DNA from: an uncultured Chloroflexia bacterium
Lineage (GTDB): Bacteria; Chloroflexota; Limnocylindria; Limnocylindrales; CSP1-4
Reading direction: 5' to 3'
Length of the DNA stretch: 64,000 nt
Assembly (NCBI GenBank): GCA_963746845.1
Contig: CAVVCZ010000004.1
Location: forward strand, 832,001-896,000
Shown here in pieces: positions 9,782 through 20,500 of this stretch. Made by a program: the position numbers and the translations under genes. The notes under the pieces were generated by a model. The model did not search any database. It saw nothing but the letters and a program-made list of their open reading frames with translations, and was not told the origin of the DNA. Each line of letters opens with the position of its first letter. Position 1 is the first letter of the stretch.

Positions 9782-9986
9782 CACGGAGCGGCCGTTCAGT
9801 TCGGGCCGAAGTATACACCCGGGAGCGTGGATCGTCCTCGACGCGCAGGGTCCGGCCCCGTGCCCGGAACGGCTCAAATGACAGCCAAGCGAGCCTTCGG
9901 CCGGGTCGGCGCCCGCGAGTGGTCCAACGGCCGTCCCGACCACGCGTCCGAGCCGAATTCGGGCCCCCGACGGTCCGTGGGTTGCC

Positions 9987-11282
9987 TTACCCCGTCGTGG
10001 CTGGCGTTTGAGCGGTTTCCGCGATCGGCCCGGAATCCGAGCCGTTCGCCGTGCCCGGATAGCGCCGGTCGACGTACGCCTCGAGGATGTCGATGAACTC
10101 GGCGACCAGCCCGTCGCCGCGGAGCGTCCGATCGAGTCTGCCGTCGATGAACACCGGCGCGACCGGATCCTCGAAGGTGCCCGGGAGCGAGATCCCGATA
10201 TCGGCGTGCTTGCTCTCCCCGGGGCCGTTCACCACGCAGCCCATGACCGCGACCCGCATCTCCTCGACCCCCGGGTGCGTCTCCGCCCAGGCCGGCATCC
10301 GCTCCTTCAGGTGGCCCTGGATCTGCTGGGCCATCTCCTGGAAGAACGTCGAGGTCGTCCGGCCGCAGCCCGGGCACGCGCTGACCTGGGGCAGGAACGA
10401 GCGCAGCCCCATCGACTGGAGGACCTGCTGGGCGATCTCGACCTCGCGCTCGCGTCCGGCCCCGGGCTCCGGGGTCAGCGAGACGCGGATCGTGTCGCCG
10501 ATCCCCTCGTTGAGCAGGATCGCCAGCCCCGCCGTCGAGGCGACGATCCCCTTGTCACCCATCCCCGCCTCGGTCAGCCCGAGGTGGAGCGGGTAGTCGC
10601 TCCGGGTGGCGAGGGAGCGGTAGACGTCGATCAGGTCGCGGACCTGCGAGACCTTCGCGCTGATGATGATCCGGTCGTGCCCGAGCCCGGTCTCTTCGGC
10701 GAGCTCGGCCGAGCGCATCGCCGATTCGATCATCGCCTCGATCATCACGTCGCGGGCGTCCCGCGCCTGCGCGGCGGCGGCGTTCGCGTTCATGAGCTCG
10801 GTCAGGAGTTGCTGATCGAGCGAGCCCCAGTTCACGCCGATCCGAACCGGCTTGTCGTTCTCGATCGCCACCCGGACGATCGTCGCGAAATGCTCGTCGT
10901 GACGCTTCGCTCCGACGTTGCCCGGGTTGATCCGGTACTTCGCGAGCGCCTTCGCCATCGCCGGGTACTCGACCAGGAGCTTGTGGCCGTTGTAGTGGAA
11001 GTCGCCGATCACCGGCACGTCCACGCCCAGGTTGTCCCGGAGCTTGTCCATCATCGCGGGGACGGCCGCCGCGGCCTGCTCCGTGTTCACGGTGACCCGG
11101 ACGAGCTGCGACCCGGCGTGTGCCAGGCGTGCGACCTGGATCGCGGTCGCGTCCGGATCCGCGGTGTCGGTGTTGGTCATCGACTGGACGACGATCGGAT
11201 GGGCACTGCCGACGAGGACGCCGCCGACGTCGACACTCACGGTCGAGCGTCGACGCGGCCGGAGGGAGTCGCGGCTGGTCAT
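9987..11282 (-). CDS. ispG: (E)-4-hydroxy-3-methylbut-2-enyl-diphosphate synthase
   Basis: [62 protein letters not shown]. Confidence 0.97.
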   Translation of the reverse strand: MTSRDSLRPRRRSTVSVDVGGVLVGSAHPIVVQSMTNTDTADPDATAIQVARLAHAGSQLVRVTVNTEQAAAAVPAMMDKLRDNLGVDVPVIGDFHYNGHKLLVEYPAMAKALAKYRINPGNVGAKRHDEHFATIVRVAIENDKPVRIGVNWGSLDQQLLTELMNANAAAAQARDARDVMIEAMIESAMRSAELAEETGLGHDRIIISAKVSQVRDLIDVYRSLATRSDYPLHLGLTEAGMGDKGIVASTAGLAILLNEGIGDTIRVSLTPEPGAGREREVEIAQQVLQSMGLRSFLPQVSACPGCGRTTSTFFQEMAQQIQGHLKERMPAWAETHPGVEEMRVAVMGCVVNGPGESKHADIGISLPGTFEDPVAPVFIDGRLDRTLRGDGLVAEFIDILEAYVDRRYPGTANGSDSGPIAETAQTPATTG

Positions 11283-11313
11283 CGGATGGGGCCGGGCGAG
11301 CGGCGGCGGCCGC

Positions 11314-12420
11314 CTACGACCCGCCGGACAGGATCCGGACGATGTCGAAGCCGCTCACCCAGATCAGGAACCCGAACAGGAACACGAACCCGACGAGGTA
11401 CGTCAGGCGCTCCGCCCGGACGCTGATCCGAGTCCCGAAGATCGCCTTCAACGCGATCATCAGCATCCGTCCGCCATCGAGCGGGGGGAACGGCAGGCTG
11501 TTCACGAGGGCGAGGTTCGCCGAGAGGATCCCCGCGACGTACAGCGTCATCACCGGGCCCGCCCCGAAGAACACGTCGCCGATCTGGGTCGCGATTCCGA
11601 CCGGTCCGGCAACCGGCGGCGGCGCTGTCGGGTTCGCGGCGACCTGGCGGACAAGATCGCCCAGCCCGCCGAGGATCACCCCGAACCAGTGGACGGTCTC
11701 GGCCGCCCCGACCCGGATCGCGCTGGGCAGGTCGCGCTGGTACGTGCCGAAGAAGCGCGCCTGGAACGGGGTCTCGTTACCGCTGATGCCCAGCGGCCCG
11801 TGCTCGGCGTCGATCTGGTCGGCCGAGCGGAGCGTGACGGTGACCGCCTCCTGGGTGCCGTCCGCACGCTCGATCGTGAGGGTGACCGCCTGGCCGAGCT
11901 TCTCGCGGAGCGTGGTGAGGACGCTCGTGTCGCCGAAGAACTCGCTCTTCTGGCCATCGATCGCGAGGATCGCGTCGCCGGGCTGGAGGCCGGCGGCCGC
12001 GGCCGGGGACCCGGCCTGGACGTCGAAGAAGCGCAGGCCGACGAACGGCGTCGCCAGCCAGGCGATGAGGGTGAAGATCAGGAAGGCGACCAGCAGGTTC
12101 ATCAGCACGCCGGCCGCGAGGATGATCATCTTCTTCGGGAAGCTGGCCCGGACGAACGAGCGCGGATCGTCGGTGTCGTCGCCGTCCTCGCCCTCGAGCT
12201 TGACGAAGCCGCCGATCGGCAGCCAGTTCAGCGTGTAGAGGGTCTCGCCGCGCGAGCGGAGGACCTTCGCTCGCGGCGGGAAGCCGATCCCGAACTCGAG
12301 GACCCGGACACCCGCCAGCCGGGCGGTGATGAAGTGGCCGAGCTCGTGGACGATGACCAGACCGCCGAGGATGATGATGAAGAGCGCGACGGTGATCAGG
12401 ACGCCGAGCGGGCCGCTCAC
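11314..12420 (-). CDS. rseP: RseP/RasP M50 intramembrane zinc metalloprotease (PDZ domain)
   Basis: [23 protein letters not shown]. Confidence 0.93.
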   Translation of the reverse strand: MSGPLGVLITVALFIIILGGLVIVHELGHFITARLAGVRVLEFGIGFPPRAKVLRSRGETLYTLNWLPIGGFVKLEGEDGDDTDDPRSFVRASFPKKMIILAAGVLMNLLVAFLIFTLIAWLATPFVGLRFFDVQAGSPAAAAGLQPGDAILAIDGQKSEFFGDTSVLTTLREKLGQAVTLTIERADGTQEAVTVTLRSADQIDAEHGPLGISGNETPFQARFFGTYQRDLPSAIRVGAAETVHWFGVILGGLGDLVRQVAANPTAPPPVAGPVGIATQIGDVFFGAGPVMTLYVAGILSANLALVNSLPFPPLDGGRMLMIALKAIFGTRISVRAERLTYLVGFVFLFGFLIWVSGFDIVRILSGGS

Positions 12421-13649
12421 GCGATCGCCCCGATCGGGCCGTGGGCGAACGCCCCCCGGACCTCGGCGTCGAGGGCCACGAGCGTCTCGACGTCCGGCGC
12501 CTGGTCGGCGCCCTCACCGAACCGGGCGACGGCCGCTGCCAGCAGCACGGGGATCTCGTCGAACCGGAGGGTGCCCGCCAGGAAACGGTCGACGGCCACG
12601 TCGTCCGCCGCGATCAGCGCCGTCGTCGCACGCTGGCCGATCCGGCCGGCCTCACGAGCGACGCCGAGTGCCGGGAACCGGGCGAGGTCCGGGGCGCGGA
12701 AGTCGAGCCGGCCGGCTGCGACGAGGTCGACGGCGGCCGACGGCGACGGGCGGCGATCAGGGTAGGTCAGGGCGTACTGGATCGGGGTGCGCATGTCCGG
12801 GGTGCCCAACTGGGCCTTCAGCGAGCCGTCCACGAACTGGACCGCTGAGTGGACGACGCTCTGCGGATGGACGACCACGTCGATCGCGGCGTCGTCGACA
12901 TCGTACAGCCAGCGTGCTTCGACGACCTCCAGGCCCTTGTTCGCGAGCGTGGCCGAGTCGATGGTGATCTTCGCGCCCATCGACCACGTGGGATGGCGGA
13001 GCGCCTGCTCCGGGGTCACCGTCGAGAGGTCCGCGGGTCCGTCGAGGAAGGGCCCGCCCGACGCCGTGAGCACCAGCGACGCGACCCGGCTCAGCGACTC
13101 CCCGACGAGGCACTGCCAGATCGCGGAGTGCTCGCTGTCGATCGGGCGGAGCCAGGCGAGCGGGCTGGCGAACGGGTCGCCGGGCGTCGTGGCCGCGACG
13201 GCCGACGCGCGAGCGCGCGCGAGCGGCATGACGAGGTGCCCGCCGGCGACGAGCGTCTCCTTGTTCGCGGTGGCGACGACCTTGCCGGCCCCGAGGGCCG
13301 CGAGGACCGGACGGAGGCTGACGATGCCACCGGTGGCGACGACGACGAGGTCGACGTCGTCGCGCATCGCGAGTGCGACGAGCCGGTCCGTCCCCTCCCC
13401 CGAGATCCGCTCTGTGCCGGCCGGCAGATCGATCGGTTCGTCGCTCGCGAGGACGATCGCCGCCGGCCGGAACCGTGCGGCCTGGTCCGCGAGGTCGCGC
13501 GCCCGACCACCGGCCGCCAGGGCCACGACCTCGAACGCGTCCGGGTGGCGCCCGAGGACGTCGAGCGCCTGCGTGCCGATCGAGCCGGTCGAACCGAGGA
13601 CGGCGACGCGGCGACGCCGTCCGGGCTCAGCGGTACGCGGCGAGGACAT
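12417..13649 (-). CDS. dxr: 1-deoxy-D-xylulose-5-phosphate reductoisomerase
   Basis: LGSTGSIGTQ, ANKE, PIDSEHSA, TASGGPF, HPTWSMGAKITIDSA, NKGLE. Confidence 0.97.
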   Translation of the reverse strand: MSSPRTAEPGRRRRVAVLGSTGSIGTQALDVLGRHPDAFEVVALAAGGRARDLADQAARFRPAAIVLASDEPIDLPAGTERISGEGTDRLVALAMRDDVDLVVVATGGIVSLRPVLAALGAGKVVATANKETLVAGGHLVMPLARARASAVAATTPGDPFASPLAWLRPIDSEHSAIWQCLVGESLSRVASLVLTASGGPFLDGPADLSTVTPEQALRHPTWSMGAKITIDSATLANKGLEVVEARWLYDVDDAAIDVVVHPQSVVHSAVQFVDGSLKAQLGTPDMRTPIQYALTYPDRRPSPSAAVDLVAAGRLDFRAPDLARFPALGVAREAGRIGQRATTALIAADDVAVDRFLAGTLRFDEIPVLLAAAVARFGEGADQAPDVETLVALDAEVRGAFAHGPIGAIA

Positions 13650-14457
13650 ACAGGAGGACGACGGGCGCCGCGAACAGGAACGAGTCGACGCGGTCGAGGA
13701 TCCCGCCGTGGCCCGGGATCAGGTGGCTGGAGTCCTTGGCTCCGGCGGCCCGCTTGAGCATGGATTCCGCGAGGTCACCCGCCTGCGCGGCGAGCGCGAG
13801 GAGCGGACCGAGGAGGAGCGCCCCGACGGGTGATCGGCCGAGCCCCGCGAGCATCAGCCCGACGACGATCGTCGAGGCGATGATCCCGCCGATCAACCCG
13901 GCGTACGACTTCGAGGGCGAGATGTGGGTGAGGAACTTCCGGCGCCCGAACCGGCTGCCGATGAAATATGCGCCCGTGTCGTACGCCCAGACCGACAGGA
14001 TCAGGAGGAGGATCCAGCCCTGCTCCGCGCTGAACCAGGAGAGCGGCGACCCGCTCGGCGTCTCCGGGGCGCGCTGGCCGAGCCGGAGGACGAACGCGAG
14101 CAGCGAGGCGTACATCGCCCCGAACACGGTGGCGAACCACGTCGGCAGGCCCTCACGCGGATCGAGACGGGTGAGGGCGCCGGCCGCCGCGAGGATCGTG
14201 CCGATCGCCAGCAGGAGGGTGCCGTTCGGGTCGATGGCCGGGGCCGCCGCCGCATCGAGGACGAGCGCGACGGTGAGCGCGATCCCGAACCAGGCAAGGC
14301 TCGGATAGCCCGCTCCGGTCAGCAACGCGAAGACCTCTCGGGCCGCGAGGCCCGCGGCCACGGTGATGAGGAGGACGATCCACGGCCCGCCGAGGAGCAG
14401 CGCGACGAGCAGGGGCGGGACGAGGACGGCGGCGCCGATCGCGCGCTGACGAAGCAT
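13627..14457 (-). CDS. cdsA: Phosphatidate cytidylyltransferase
   Basis: DTGAYFIG, ISPSKS, GDLAESMLKR...KDS...IPGHGGILDRVDS. Confidence 0.95.
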   Translation of the reverse strand: MLRQRAIGAAVLVPPLLVALLLGGPWIVLLITVAAGLAAREVFALLTGAGYPSLAWFGIALTVALVLDAAAAPAIDPNGTLLLAIGTILAAAGALTRLDPREGLPTWFATVFGAMYASLLAFVLRLGQRAPETPSGSPLSWFSAEQGWILLLILSVWAYDTGAYFIGSRFGRRKFLTHISPSKSYAGLIGGIIASTIVVGLMLAGLGRSPVGALLLGPLLALAAQAGDLAESMLKRAAGAKDSSHLIPGHGGILDRVDSFLFAAPVVLLYVLAAYR

Positions 14458-14482
14458 CCCGTTCTGCCCGATCAGCCGGCGC

Positions 14483-15289
14483 TCAGCGCCCGAACCGTCG
14501 TGTCCGGCTGGCGAACTCGAGGAGCGCGGCGTCGAAGGCGTCGGCGCCGAAGTCCGGCCACAGGACCTCGGTCGTGTAGAGCTCGGCGTAGGCGGCCTGC
14601 CAGATCAGGAAGTTCGAGAGACGCTGCTCGCCGCCGGTCCGGATCACCAGGTCCGGGTCCGGCAGCCCGGCGGTGTAGAGCGCGTCGGCGATCGTCGTCT
14701 CGTCGATCGCGGCGGGGTCCACCCCGCTGGCGGCGATCCGCCGGAAGGCGTCGACGATCTCCGTCCGGCCGGCGTAGTTGAACGCGACATTGAGGAGGAG
14801 CTTCGTGCCGTCCGCGGTCTCGGCGAGCGCCTCGCCGATCGATCGCCGGGTGTCCTCGGGCAGCTCATCCGCCCGCCCCAGGAGCCGGATCCGGACGCCC
14901 TGCGACTTCAGCTCGGCCGTCTCGCTCCGGATCGCGCCCTCGAGCAGGGCGAACAGCGCACGGACCTCGTCGTCCGAGCGGGCCCAGTTCTCGCGGCTGA
15001 ACGCGTAGACGGTCACGACGGGAACGCCGCGCCGGACCGCGTGCCGGAGGAGGGTCCGGATCGCCTCGACGCCGGCGGCATGGCCCTCGACCTCGGGCAG
15101 GCCGCGCTGGCGGGCCCAGCGCCGGTTGCCATCCATGATGATCGCGACGTGCCGCGGGAGGTCGGCCTCCGCCAGGAGGCGCTCCGGAGCCGGCTCGGGG
15201 GTCGGTGCGGGCGCGCTGACGTCGTCCGGGCTCGGTCGGTGCGCCGTCGGCGGCGCGTCGGTCGGGCGGGCGAGCGGCGGACCGGCCAC
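14483..15289 (-). CDS. uppS: Undecaprenyl/isoprenyl diphosphate synthase
   Basis: HVAIIMDGNRRWA, YAFSRENW, DLVIRTGGEQRLSNFLIWQ; start taken at the GTG overlapping the frr stop (uncertain). Confidence 0.95.
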   Translation of the reverse strand: MAGPPLARPTDAPPTAHRPSPDDVSAPAPTPEPAPERLLAEADLPRHVAIIMDGNRRWARQRGLPEVEGHAAGVEAIRTLLRHAVRRGVPVVTVYAFSRENWARSDDEVRALFALLEGAIRSETAELKSQGVRIRLLGRADELPEDTRRSIGEALAETADGTKLLLNVAFNYAGRTEIVDAFRRIAASGVDPAAIDETTIADALYTAGLPDPDLVIRTGGEQRLSNFLIWQAAYAELYTTEVLWPDFGADAFDAALLEFASRTRRFGR

Positions 15290-15846
15290 TAGACCTCCAT
15301 GACCTCCTGTTCCTTGACGGCGCCGAGACGGTCGACCTCGCCGATCCATCGATCCGTCGTGCGCTGGAGCTGGTCGAGCTGCCGGTGCGACTCGTCCGAC
15401 CCGACAGAGCCGTCCCGCTCTTCCTTCTTCAGGTCGTCGGCGGCCTCGCGGCGCAGGTTGCGGATCTCGACGCGTGCATCCTCCATCCGCTTGTGGACGC
15501 TCTTCACGAGGTCCCTGCGACGCTCCTCGGTGAGCGGCGGGATGTTCAGGCGGACGACGGTCCCGTCAACGTTCGGGACGAGCCCGAGCTCGCTCTTCTG
15601 GATCGCCTTCTCGATCGCCCCGAGGACGGCGCGATCCCACGGCTGGATGACGATCTGGTGCGACTCCGGGACGCTGATGCCCGCGAGCTGGTTGAGCGGC
15701 GTCTGGGTCCCGTAGTAGTCGACCGTGAGCCGCTCGACGAGCGCGGTGGATGCCCGGCCCGTCCGGAACGCCTGGAAGTCGCGCTCCATCGCCTCGACGG
15801 CACGACCCATCTTGTGGTCGGCGGACGAGATCGTCTCGCTGCTCAT
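15289..15846 (-). CDS. frr: Ribosome recycling factor
   Basis: [26 protein letters not shown]. Confidence 0.97.
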   Translation of the reverse strand: MSSETISSADHKMGRAVEAMERDFQAFRTGRASTALVERLTVDYYGTQTPLNQLAGISVPESHQIVIQPWDRAVLGAIEKAIQKSELGLVPNVDGTVVRLNIPPLTEERRRDLVKSVHKRMEDARVEIRNLRREAADDLKKEERDGSVGSDESHRQLDQLQRTTDRWIGEVDRLGAVKEQEVMEV

Positions 15847-16589
15847 CGGCTGCCTCCGATGGCGCTCGCGGCGCCGGAGATCCGCGTGCCGACGGGCTGG
15901 CCGGCGGCGACCCGCGTGATGTTGTCGGGCTGGTTGAGGTCGAAGACGACGATCGGGAGATCGTTCTCCATGCAGAGCGACACCGCCGCGGCGTCGAGGA
16001 CCTTGAGCTGGTCGCGGAGGAGGTCGGCGTACTCCAGCTCAGCGTAGCGCCGGGCTCCCGGGTTGGTCACGGGATCGGCGTCGTAGACCCCATCCACCTT
16101 GGTGGCCTTGAGGAGCACCTCGGCGCCGATCTCCACGGCGCGGAGCGCGGCCGCGGTGTCGGTCGTGAAGTACGGGTTGCCGGTCCCGGCCACGAAGATC
16201 GCGACCCGGCCCTTCTCGAGGTGACGCACCGCACGACGCCGGATGTACGGCTCGGCGACCTCGTTCATCGCGATCGCGCTCATCACGCGGGTCTGGACGC
16301 CCGCGCGCTCCAGCGCGTCCTGGAGCGCCAGCCCGTTCATGACGGTCGCCAGCATCCCGATGTAGTCGCCGGTCGCGCGATCCATGCCGCTCGCGGCCGC
16401 CGCCAGGCCACGGAAGATGTTCCCGCCGCCCACGACGATCCCGACCTGGACGCCGAGACGGTGGACCTCAGCGACCTGCCGCGCGATGAACGCGCAGAAC
16501 GACGGGTCGACGCCGTACTGGCGGTCGCCCAGAAGCGCTTCGCCGGACAGCTTCAGGAGGATCCGCTTGTAGCGGAGTGCCTCGCTCAC
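15843..16589 (-). CDS. pyrH: Uridylate kinase
   Basis: [30 protein letters not shown]. Confidence 0.97.
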   Translation of the reverse strand: MSEALRYKRILLKLSGEALLGDRQYGVDPSFCAFIARQVAEVHRLGVQVGIVVGGGNIFRGLAAAASGMDRATGDYIGMLATVMNGLALQDALERAGVQTRVMSAIAMNEVAEPYIRRRAVRHLEKGRVAIFVAGTGNPYFTTDTAAALRAVEIGAEVLLKATKVDGVYDADPVTNPGARRYAELEYADLLRDQLKVLDAAAVSLCMENDLPIVVFDLNQPDNITRVAAGQPVGTRISGAASAIGGSR

Positions 16590-17185
16590 AGCTCCTCCCC
16601 GAGGGCGTAGCGGGTGAACCGTCGGACGCGGATGTTCTCGCCGATCGTGGAGATCTTCTCCGTGATCAGGTCGCGCACGGACCGCTCCTCGTCGCGGAAC
16701 GGCTGGTCGAGCAGACAGACCTGCGAGTACCACTTCTTCAGCTGGCCCTCGACGATCTGCGGGCGGATGTTCTCGGGCTTCTTCTGGGTGGCCTCGTCGC
16801 GGAGGAGCTCGGCCTTTCTGGCCTCGAGGTCCGCCGCCGGGATGGCGTCGGCGTCGACGTAGAGCGGGTTCAGGCCGGCGACCTGGACGGCCAGGTCGCG
16901 GACCAGTCGCTGGAACTCGTCCGTCCGGGCGACGAAGTCCGTCTCGCAGTTGACCTCGATCAGGACGCCGACCCGGCCACCGGTGTGGATGTAGCTCGCG
17001 ACGAGGCCGTCATGGGCGTCGCGGCTCGCCTTCTTCGCGGCGGCCGCGAGCCCACGCTCGCGCAGGATCGCGATCGCCCCTTCGAGATCGCCGTCGGCCT
17101 CGACGAGCGCGTTCTTGCAGTCCATGAAGCCGGCGCCGGTCCGCTCGCGCAGCTCCTTGACCTTCGCGGCAGAGATGTCCGCCAT
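16586..17185 (-). CDS. tsf: Elongation factor Ts (short, ~199 aa type)
   Basis: [29 protein letters not shown]. Confidence 0.97.
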   Translation of the reverse strand: MADISAAKVKELRERTGAGFMDCKNALVEADGDLEGAIAILRERGLAAAAKKASRDAHDGLVASYIHTGGRVGVLIEVNCETDFVARTDEFQRLVRDLAVQVAGLNPLYVDADAIPAADLEARKAELLRDEATQKKPENIRPQIVEGQLKKWYSQVCLLDQPFRDEERSVRDLITEKISTIGENIRVRRFTRYALGEEL

Positions 17186-17270
17186 GTCGTTCGGGTTCTC
17201 CTGTGTCGGTCCGCGACCCGCGTTCGGGGCCGCGGCAGTGGGCAATGTGGTCGGGCGTGCTCGCCCGGGA

Positions 17271-18233
17271 TCAGCCGGCGGTCGCCGGCTCCTCCTTCTC
17301 GGCCGCCTCGCGGGCGAGCTCGGCGGCGATCTCCTCGGGCGACGCCTCGGCCGGGATCGGTCCGAGATCCGCGCCGGCCGCCGCCGGGCGGACGCCCGGC
17401 AGGAGGTCGTCCTCGTCCTCGGCGTCGGGCTCGAACGTCAGGGCGGCACCGCCGGCGAGGGCGGCGACGAGCTCGTCCGAGGCGGACTCGTCGTACTCGG
17501 GCTCGGCGGTGATCGCGATCTCGGGCTCGGGCTCGATCGCCCGGGCGGCGCGCTCCTGCTGGCCCTCGAGGCACGCGTCGGCGACCAGCTGGCAGAGCAG
17601 CCGGATCGACCGGATCGCGTCGTCGTTGGCCGGGATGATGTGGTCGATCTCGTCCGGGTCGACGTTCGTGTCGCCGGTGGCGACCACCGGGACCTCGAGC
17701 TTGTTCGCCTCGGTCACGGCGATCCGCTCGCGATGCGGGTCGATGATGAAGACCGCGCCGGGCGTCCGCTTCATCTTGCGCATGCCGCCGACGGTCAGGG
17801 TGAGCTTCGTCATCTCGTCGGTGAGCTTCGCGGCTTCCTTCTTCGTCATCCGCTCGAAGTCGCCGGCCTGCTGGCGTGCCTCGAGCTGCTCGAGGAGGGC
17901 GATCCGCTTCTTGATCGTCGAGAAGTTCGTGAGCATGCCGCCGAGCCAGCGCTTGTTCACGTACGGCTGGCCGGCCCGGGTCGCCTCCTGGGCGATCGGC
18001 TCCTGGGCCTGCTTCTTCGTGCCGACGAACAGCACGTACTCGCCACGAGCGACCGTGTCACGCACGAACTCGAGGGACGAGTCGAGGTGCTTGACGGTCT
18101 GGGCGAGGTCGATGATGTGGATCCCGTTGCGCTCGGCGAAGATGAACGGGCGCATCTTGGGATTCCAGCGGCGCGTCTGGTGGCCGAAGTGGACACCGGC
18201 TTCGAGCAGCTGCCGCATCGAGACGGACGGCAC
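17271..18233 (-). CDS. rpsB: 30S ribosomal protein S2 with acidic C-terminal tail
   Basis: [39 protein letters not shown]; SD AGGAGGT. Confidence 0.98.
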   Translation of the reverse strand: MPSVSMRQLLEAGVHFGHQTRRWNPKMRPFIFAERNGIHIIDLAQTVKHLDSSLEFVRDTVARGEYVLFVGTKKQAQEPIAQEATRAGQPYVNKRWLGGMLTNFSTIKKRIALLEQLEARQQAGDFERMTKKEAAKLTDEMTKLTLTVGGMRKMKRTPGAVFIIDPHRERIAVTEANKLEVPVVATGDTNVDPDEIDHIIPANDDAIRSIRLLCQLVADACLEGQQERAARAIEPEPEIAITAEPEYDESASDELVAALAGGAALTFEPDAEDEDDLLPGVRPAAAGADLGPIPAEASPEEIAAELAREAAEKEEPATAG

Positions 18234-18239
18234 GGGGCG

Positions 18240-18362
18240 AGACCTCCTGTTCGGTTTCGTTCCTCCGCGGACCTCGTCGCCGGGTTTCCGGTCCACCACG
18301 CTCGCGTCGCCGCGGGTGGTGGGCCGGCACCGTCCCGGTCGGAACGGTCCGCGTGTGATCTC
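18240..18362 (-). promoter_or_regulatory. Putative S2 (rpsB) autoregulatory leader RNA
   Basis: Minus strand CACACGCGGACC...GGTGCCG...GGTCCGCGGAGG..AAACC: long-range stem with CACAC and GGAGG flanks typical of rpsB leaders; promoter TGcTACACT at 18414-18422. Confidence 0.55.
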
Positions 18363-18458
18363 CGGCGCCACAGGGCGACGGGTGGTGCCACGAGCGGGCC
18401 CGCGGCGCGCCGGAGTGTAGCACGGGGTCCCGCTGTGGCCCCCGTGTGCCGGTCCGCG

Positions 18459-18845
18459 TCAGAACGCCGCGCGATGGTGGCGGAGCCGCGGTGTCGCGTC
18501 GTCCGAGCCCGGCTCGACCACCACCAGGTCGAACCGGATCGGCAGTCGTGGCACGGTCGGCGCCCCGTCGAGCCAGCGCCAGGCGCCCGCGTGGAGCCGG
18601 GCGCGCTTCCGGCGGTCGACCGTCTCCTCGGCCAGCCCGAACGACCTGCCGGCTCGCCAGCGGACCTCGATGAAGACGAGCGCCGGCGGCGGGCCCGGGT
18701 CCGTCGCGATCACGTCCAGCTCGGCGCGCCCCGCGTGGACGTTCCGGGCAAGGATCGTCCAGCCGGCCGCGACCAGGTGGCCCGCCACGATGGTCTCGGC
18801 GGCGTCCCCGAGCCGTTGGGCCGGCGTTCGCGTGGGCTCGACCAT
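18459..18845 (-). CDS. YraN/UPF0102 family endonuclease-fold protein
   Basis: LGDAAE...GWTILARN...ELDVIA...LVFIEVR...RFDLV; start set at ATG 18845 (probably leaderless). Confidence 0.88.
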   Translation of the reverse strand: MVEPTRTPAQRLGDAAETIVAGHLVAAGWTILARNVHAGRAELDVIATDPGPPPALVFIEVRWRAGRSFGLAEETVDRRKRARLHAGAWRWLDGAPTVPRLPIRFDLVVVEPGSDDATPRLRHHRAAF

Positions 18846-18942
18846 CCCCGCAGGATGGGCCGGGCCTCGTATGCGCCGGTCATCCCACACTTCGCCGCGG
18901 ATTGCCTCCGGTTCACCAGCGGCTCACCACCCGCTGACCCGT

Positions 18943-18960
18943 CGGTCCGCGGGCGGACCG
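18943..18960 (-). terminator. Hairpin immediately after the DUF1269-like gene
   Basis: CGGTCCG-cggg-CGGACCG stem 2 bp from the stop codon. Confidence 0.4.
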
Positions 18961-18962
18961 CC

Positions 18963-19529
18963 TCACCCCGGGGTCGCGGGCGTCGCGGCCGCCTGTGCCT
19001 GCGCCTCCTGGTACTCCCCGATCGCGTCCGCTAGCGAGTGCCCGGGCACGACATCGACCTGGACGCGTCGGATGACCGACTCGAACTCGACATTGCCCGC
19101 CATGAACGCCGCGAACCGATCGGCGTCGTCGAGTGGGACCGCGACGATGAGCCCGCTCCGGCCTTCGGCCATCAGGCCGGAGATGCCCTGCAGGTCCCCG
19201 TCCTTCATGCCAGCGTCCCGCAGCTTCGCCGTCACCGCGCCGATCGCCGCGCCCGCCACGATCGCCCCGACGCCGATCGGTCCCAGGACCCCGGCGAGCA
19301 CCACGCCCGCGATCCCACCGGTCGCGGCGCCCTTGCCCGCGCCGGGATCGACCCCTTCGTCGACCGTGATCTCGGCCTCCTTGCCGGGTTCCCGCCGGAT
19401 CATCGCCCAGTCGGTGATCGTGATCTTCTTGTCCTTGACGCCCTCCTTGATCAGCTCGAGGACGTAGGGAGGGATCCCGGCGTCGGTGAATCCCATGAGG
19501 AACAGTCGAGTGGGCTTCGGGTCGCCCAT
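18963..19529 (-). CDS. DUF1269-like glycine-zipper membrane protein
   Basis: GKGAATGGIAGVVLAGVLGPIGVGAIVAGAAIGA...LRDAGM; SD GAGG. Confidence 0.65.
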   Translation of the reverse strand: MGDPKPTRLFLMGFTDAGIPPYVLELIKEGVKDKKITITDWAMIRREPGKEAEITVDEGVDPGAGKGAATGGIAGVVLAGVLGPIGVGAIVAGAAIGAVTAKLRDAGMKDGDLQGISGLMAEGRSGLIVAVPLDDADRFAAFMAGNVEFESVIRRVQVDVVPGHSLADAIGEYQEAQAQAAATPATPG

Positions 19530-19619
19530 CGTGAACACCTCTTGACGGCGGGCGGCAGATGCCGCTGGAGGATCCATTGGGCCGCGCTCGACGCCATCCG
19601 TCGAGGGCGCCAGCCCGTG

Positions 19620-20396
19620 TCAACCGGCGGCGCCGACCTCCAGCAGGACGAGATCGTCGGCATCGAGCATCGCGTCGTCGGCCATGACCGGGATCGCCTC
19701 CCGCTCGAGGATCCCGACCGTGGTCTCCGAGGCGTTCGGGTCGGCGAGCAGGTCGAACGCGAGCTGATCGCCGGCCAGGGTCCGCTGCAGGGCGAGGAAC
19801 GATCGACGATGGAAGGGGGTCAGGCCCATCTGGCGGATGGCGTCGCGGTGGTCACGGGTCGCGTAGCCCTGGTTGTGCTCCCAGCCGTAGCCCGGGTACC
19901 GGACGGCGAGCTTCGCCATCATCCGATCCCGGACGACCTTGGCGACGACGCTGGCGCAGGCGATCGAGTAGACCTTCGCGTCGCCGTCGACGATGTTGGT
20001 GTACGGCCCGACCCTGGCCTCGAACCCGACGATCCGGTTCCCGTCGACGAGGACGTGGTCGTGACCGCCGAGCCGGGCGATCGCCCGGCGCATCGCGAGA
20101 TGCGTGGCGTGATAGATGTTCAGCTGGTCGATCTCCCGGACCGACGCGGCACCGACGCCGACCGCCACCGCCCGCGCCCGGATCAGGGGAGCGAGCTTCT
20201 CGCGCTGGGCCATCGAGAGGGTCTTCGAGTCGCGGACACCCGGGATCCGGTGGCAGCCGGGCTTCATGATCACGGCCGCCGCCACGACCGCTCCGCACGT
20301 CGGCGCCACGCCGACCTCGTCGACGCCCGCGACGCGGGTGTGGCCGTCGTTCCAGAGCTTCCGTTCGTGACGCAGGGTCGGGACGATCACGGCCAT
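19620..20396 (-). CDS. rnhB: Ribonuclease HII (atypical GRG motif)
   Basis: AGVDEVG, DSK, EIDQLNI, LVDG, IACASVVAKV.RD, GY, HRRSF; rplS-rnhB-yraN synteny. Confidence 0.92.
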   Translation of the reverse strand: MAVIVPTLRHERKLWNDGHTRVAGVDEVGVAPTCGAVVAAAVIMKPGCHRIPGVRDSKTLSMAQREKLAPLIRARAVAVGVGAASVREIDQLNIYHATHLAMRRAIARLGGHDHVLVDGNRIVGFEARVGPYTNIVDGDAKVYSIACASVVAKVVRDRMMAKLAVRYPGYGWEHNQGYATRDHRDAIRQMGLTPFHRRSFLALQRTLAGDQLAFDLLADPNASETTVGILEREAIPVMADDAMLDADDLVLLEVGAAG

Positions 20397-20500
20397 CGAC
20401 CGTCAGGGTAGCCGGTCGGGACGACGGCCGCCCATCCCGCTCGGACGAGCCTGCCAGATCGACGCGCCTTGTCGACTACGTGCCGGATCGGGCCGAATGA

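Noticed and set aside
16586-17185. Short (~199 aa) EF-Ts as a truncation
   Set aside because: The short EF-Ts form is well known in several phyla, for example Thermus and cyanobacteria.
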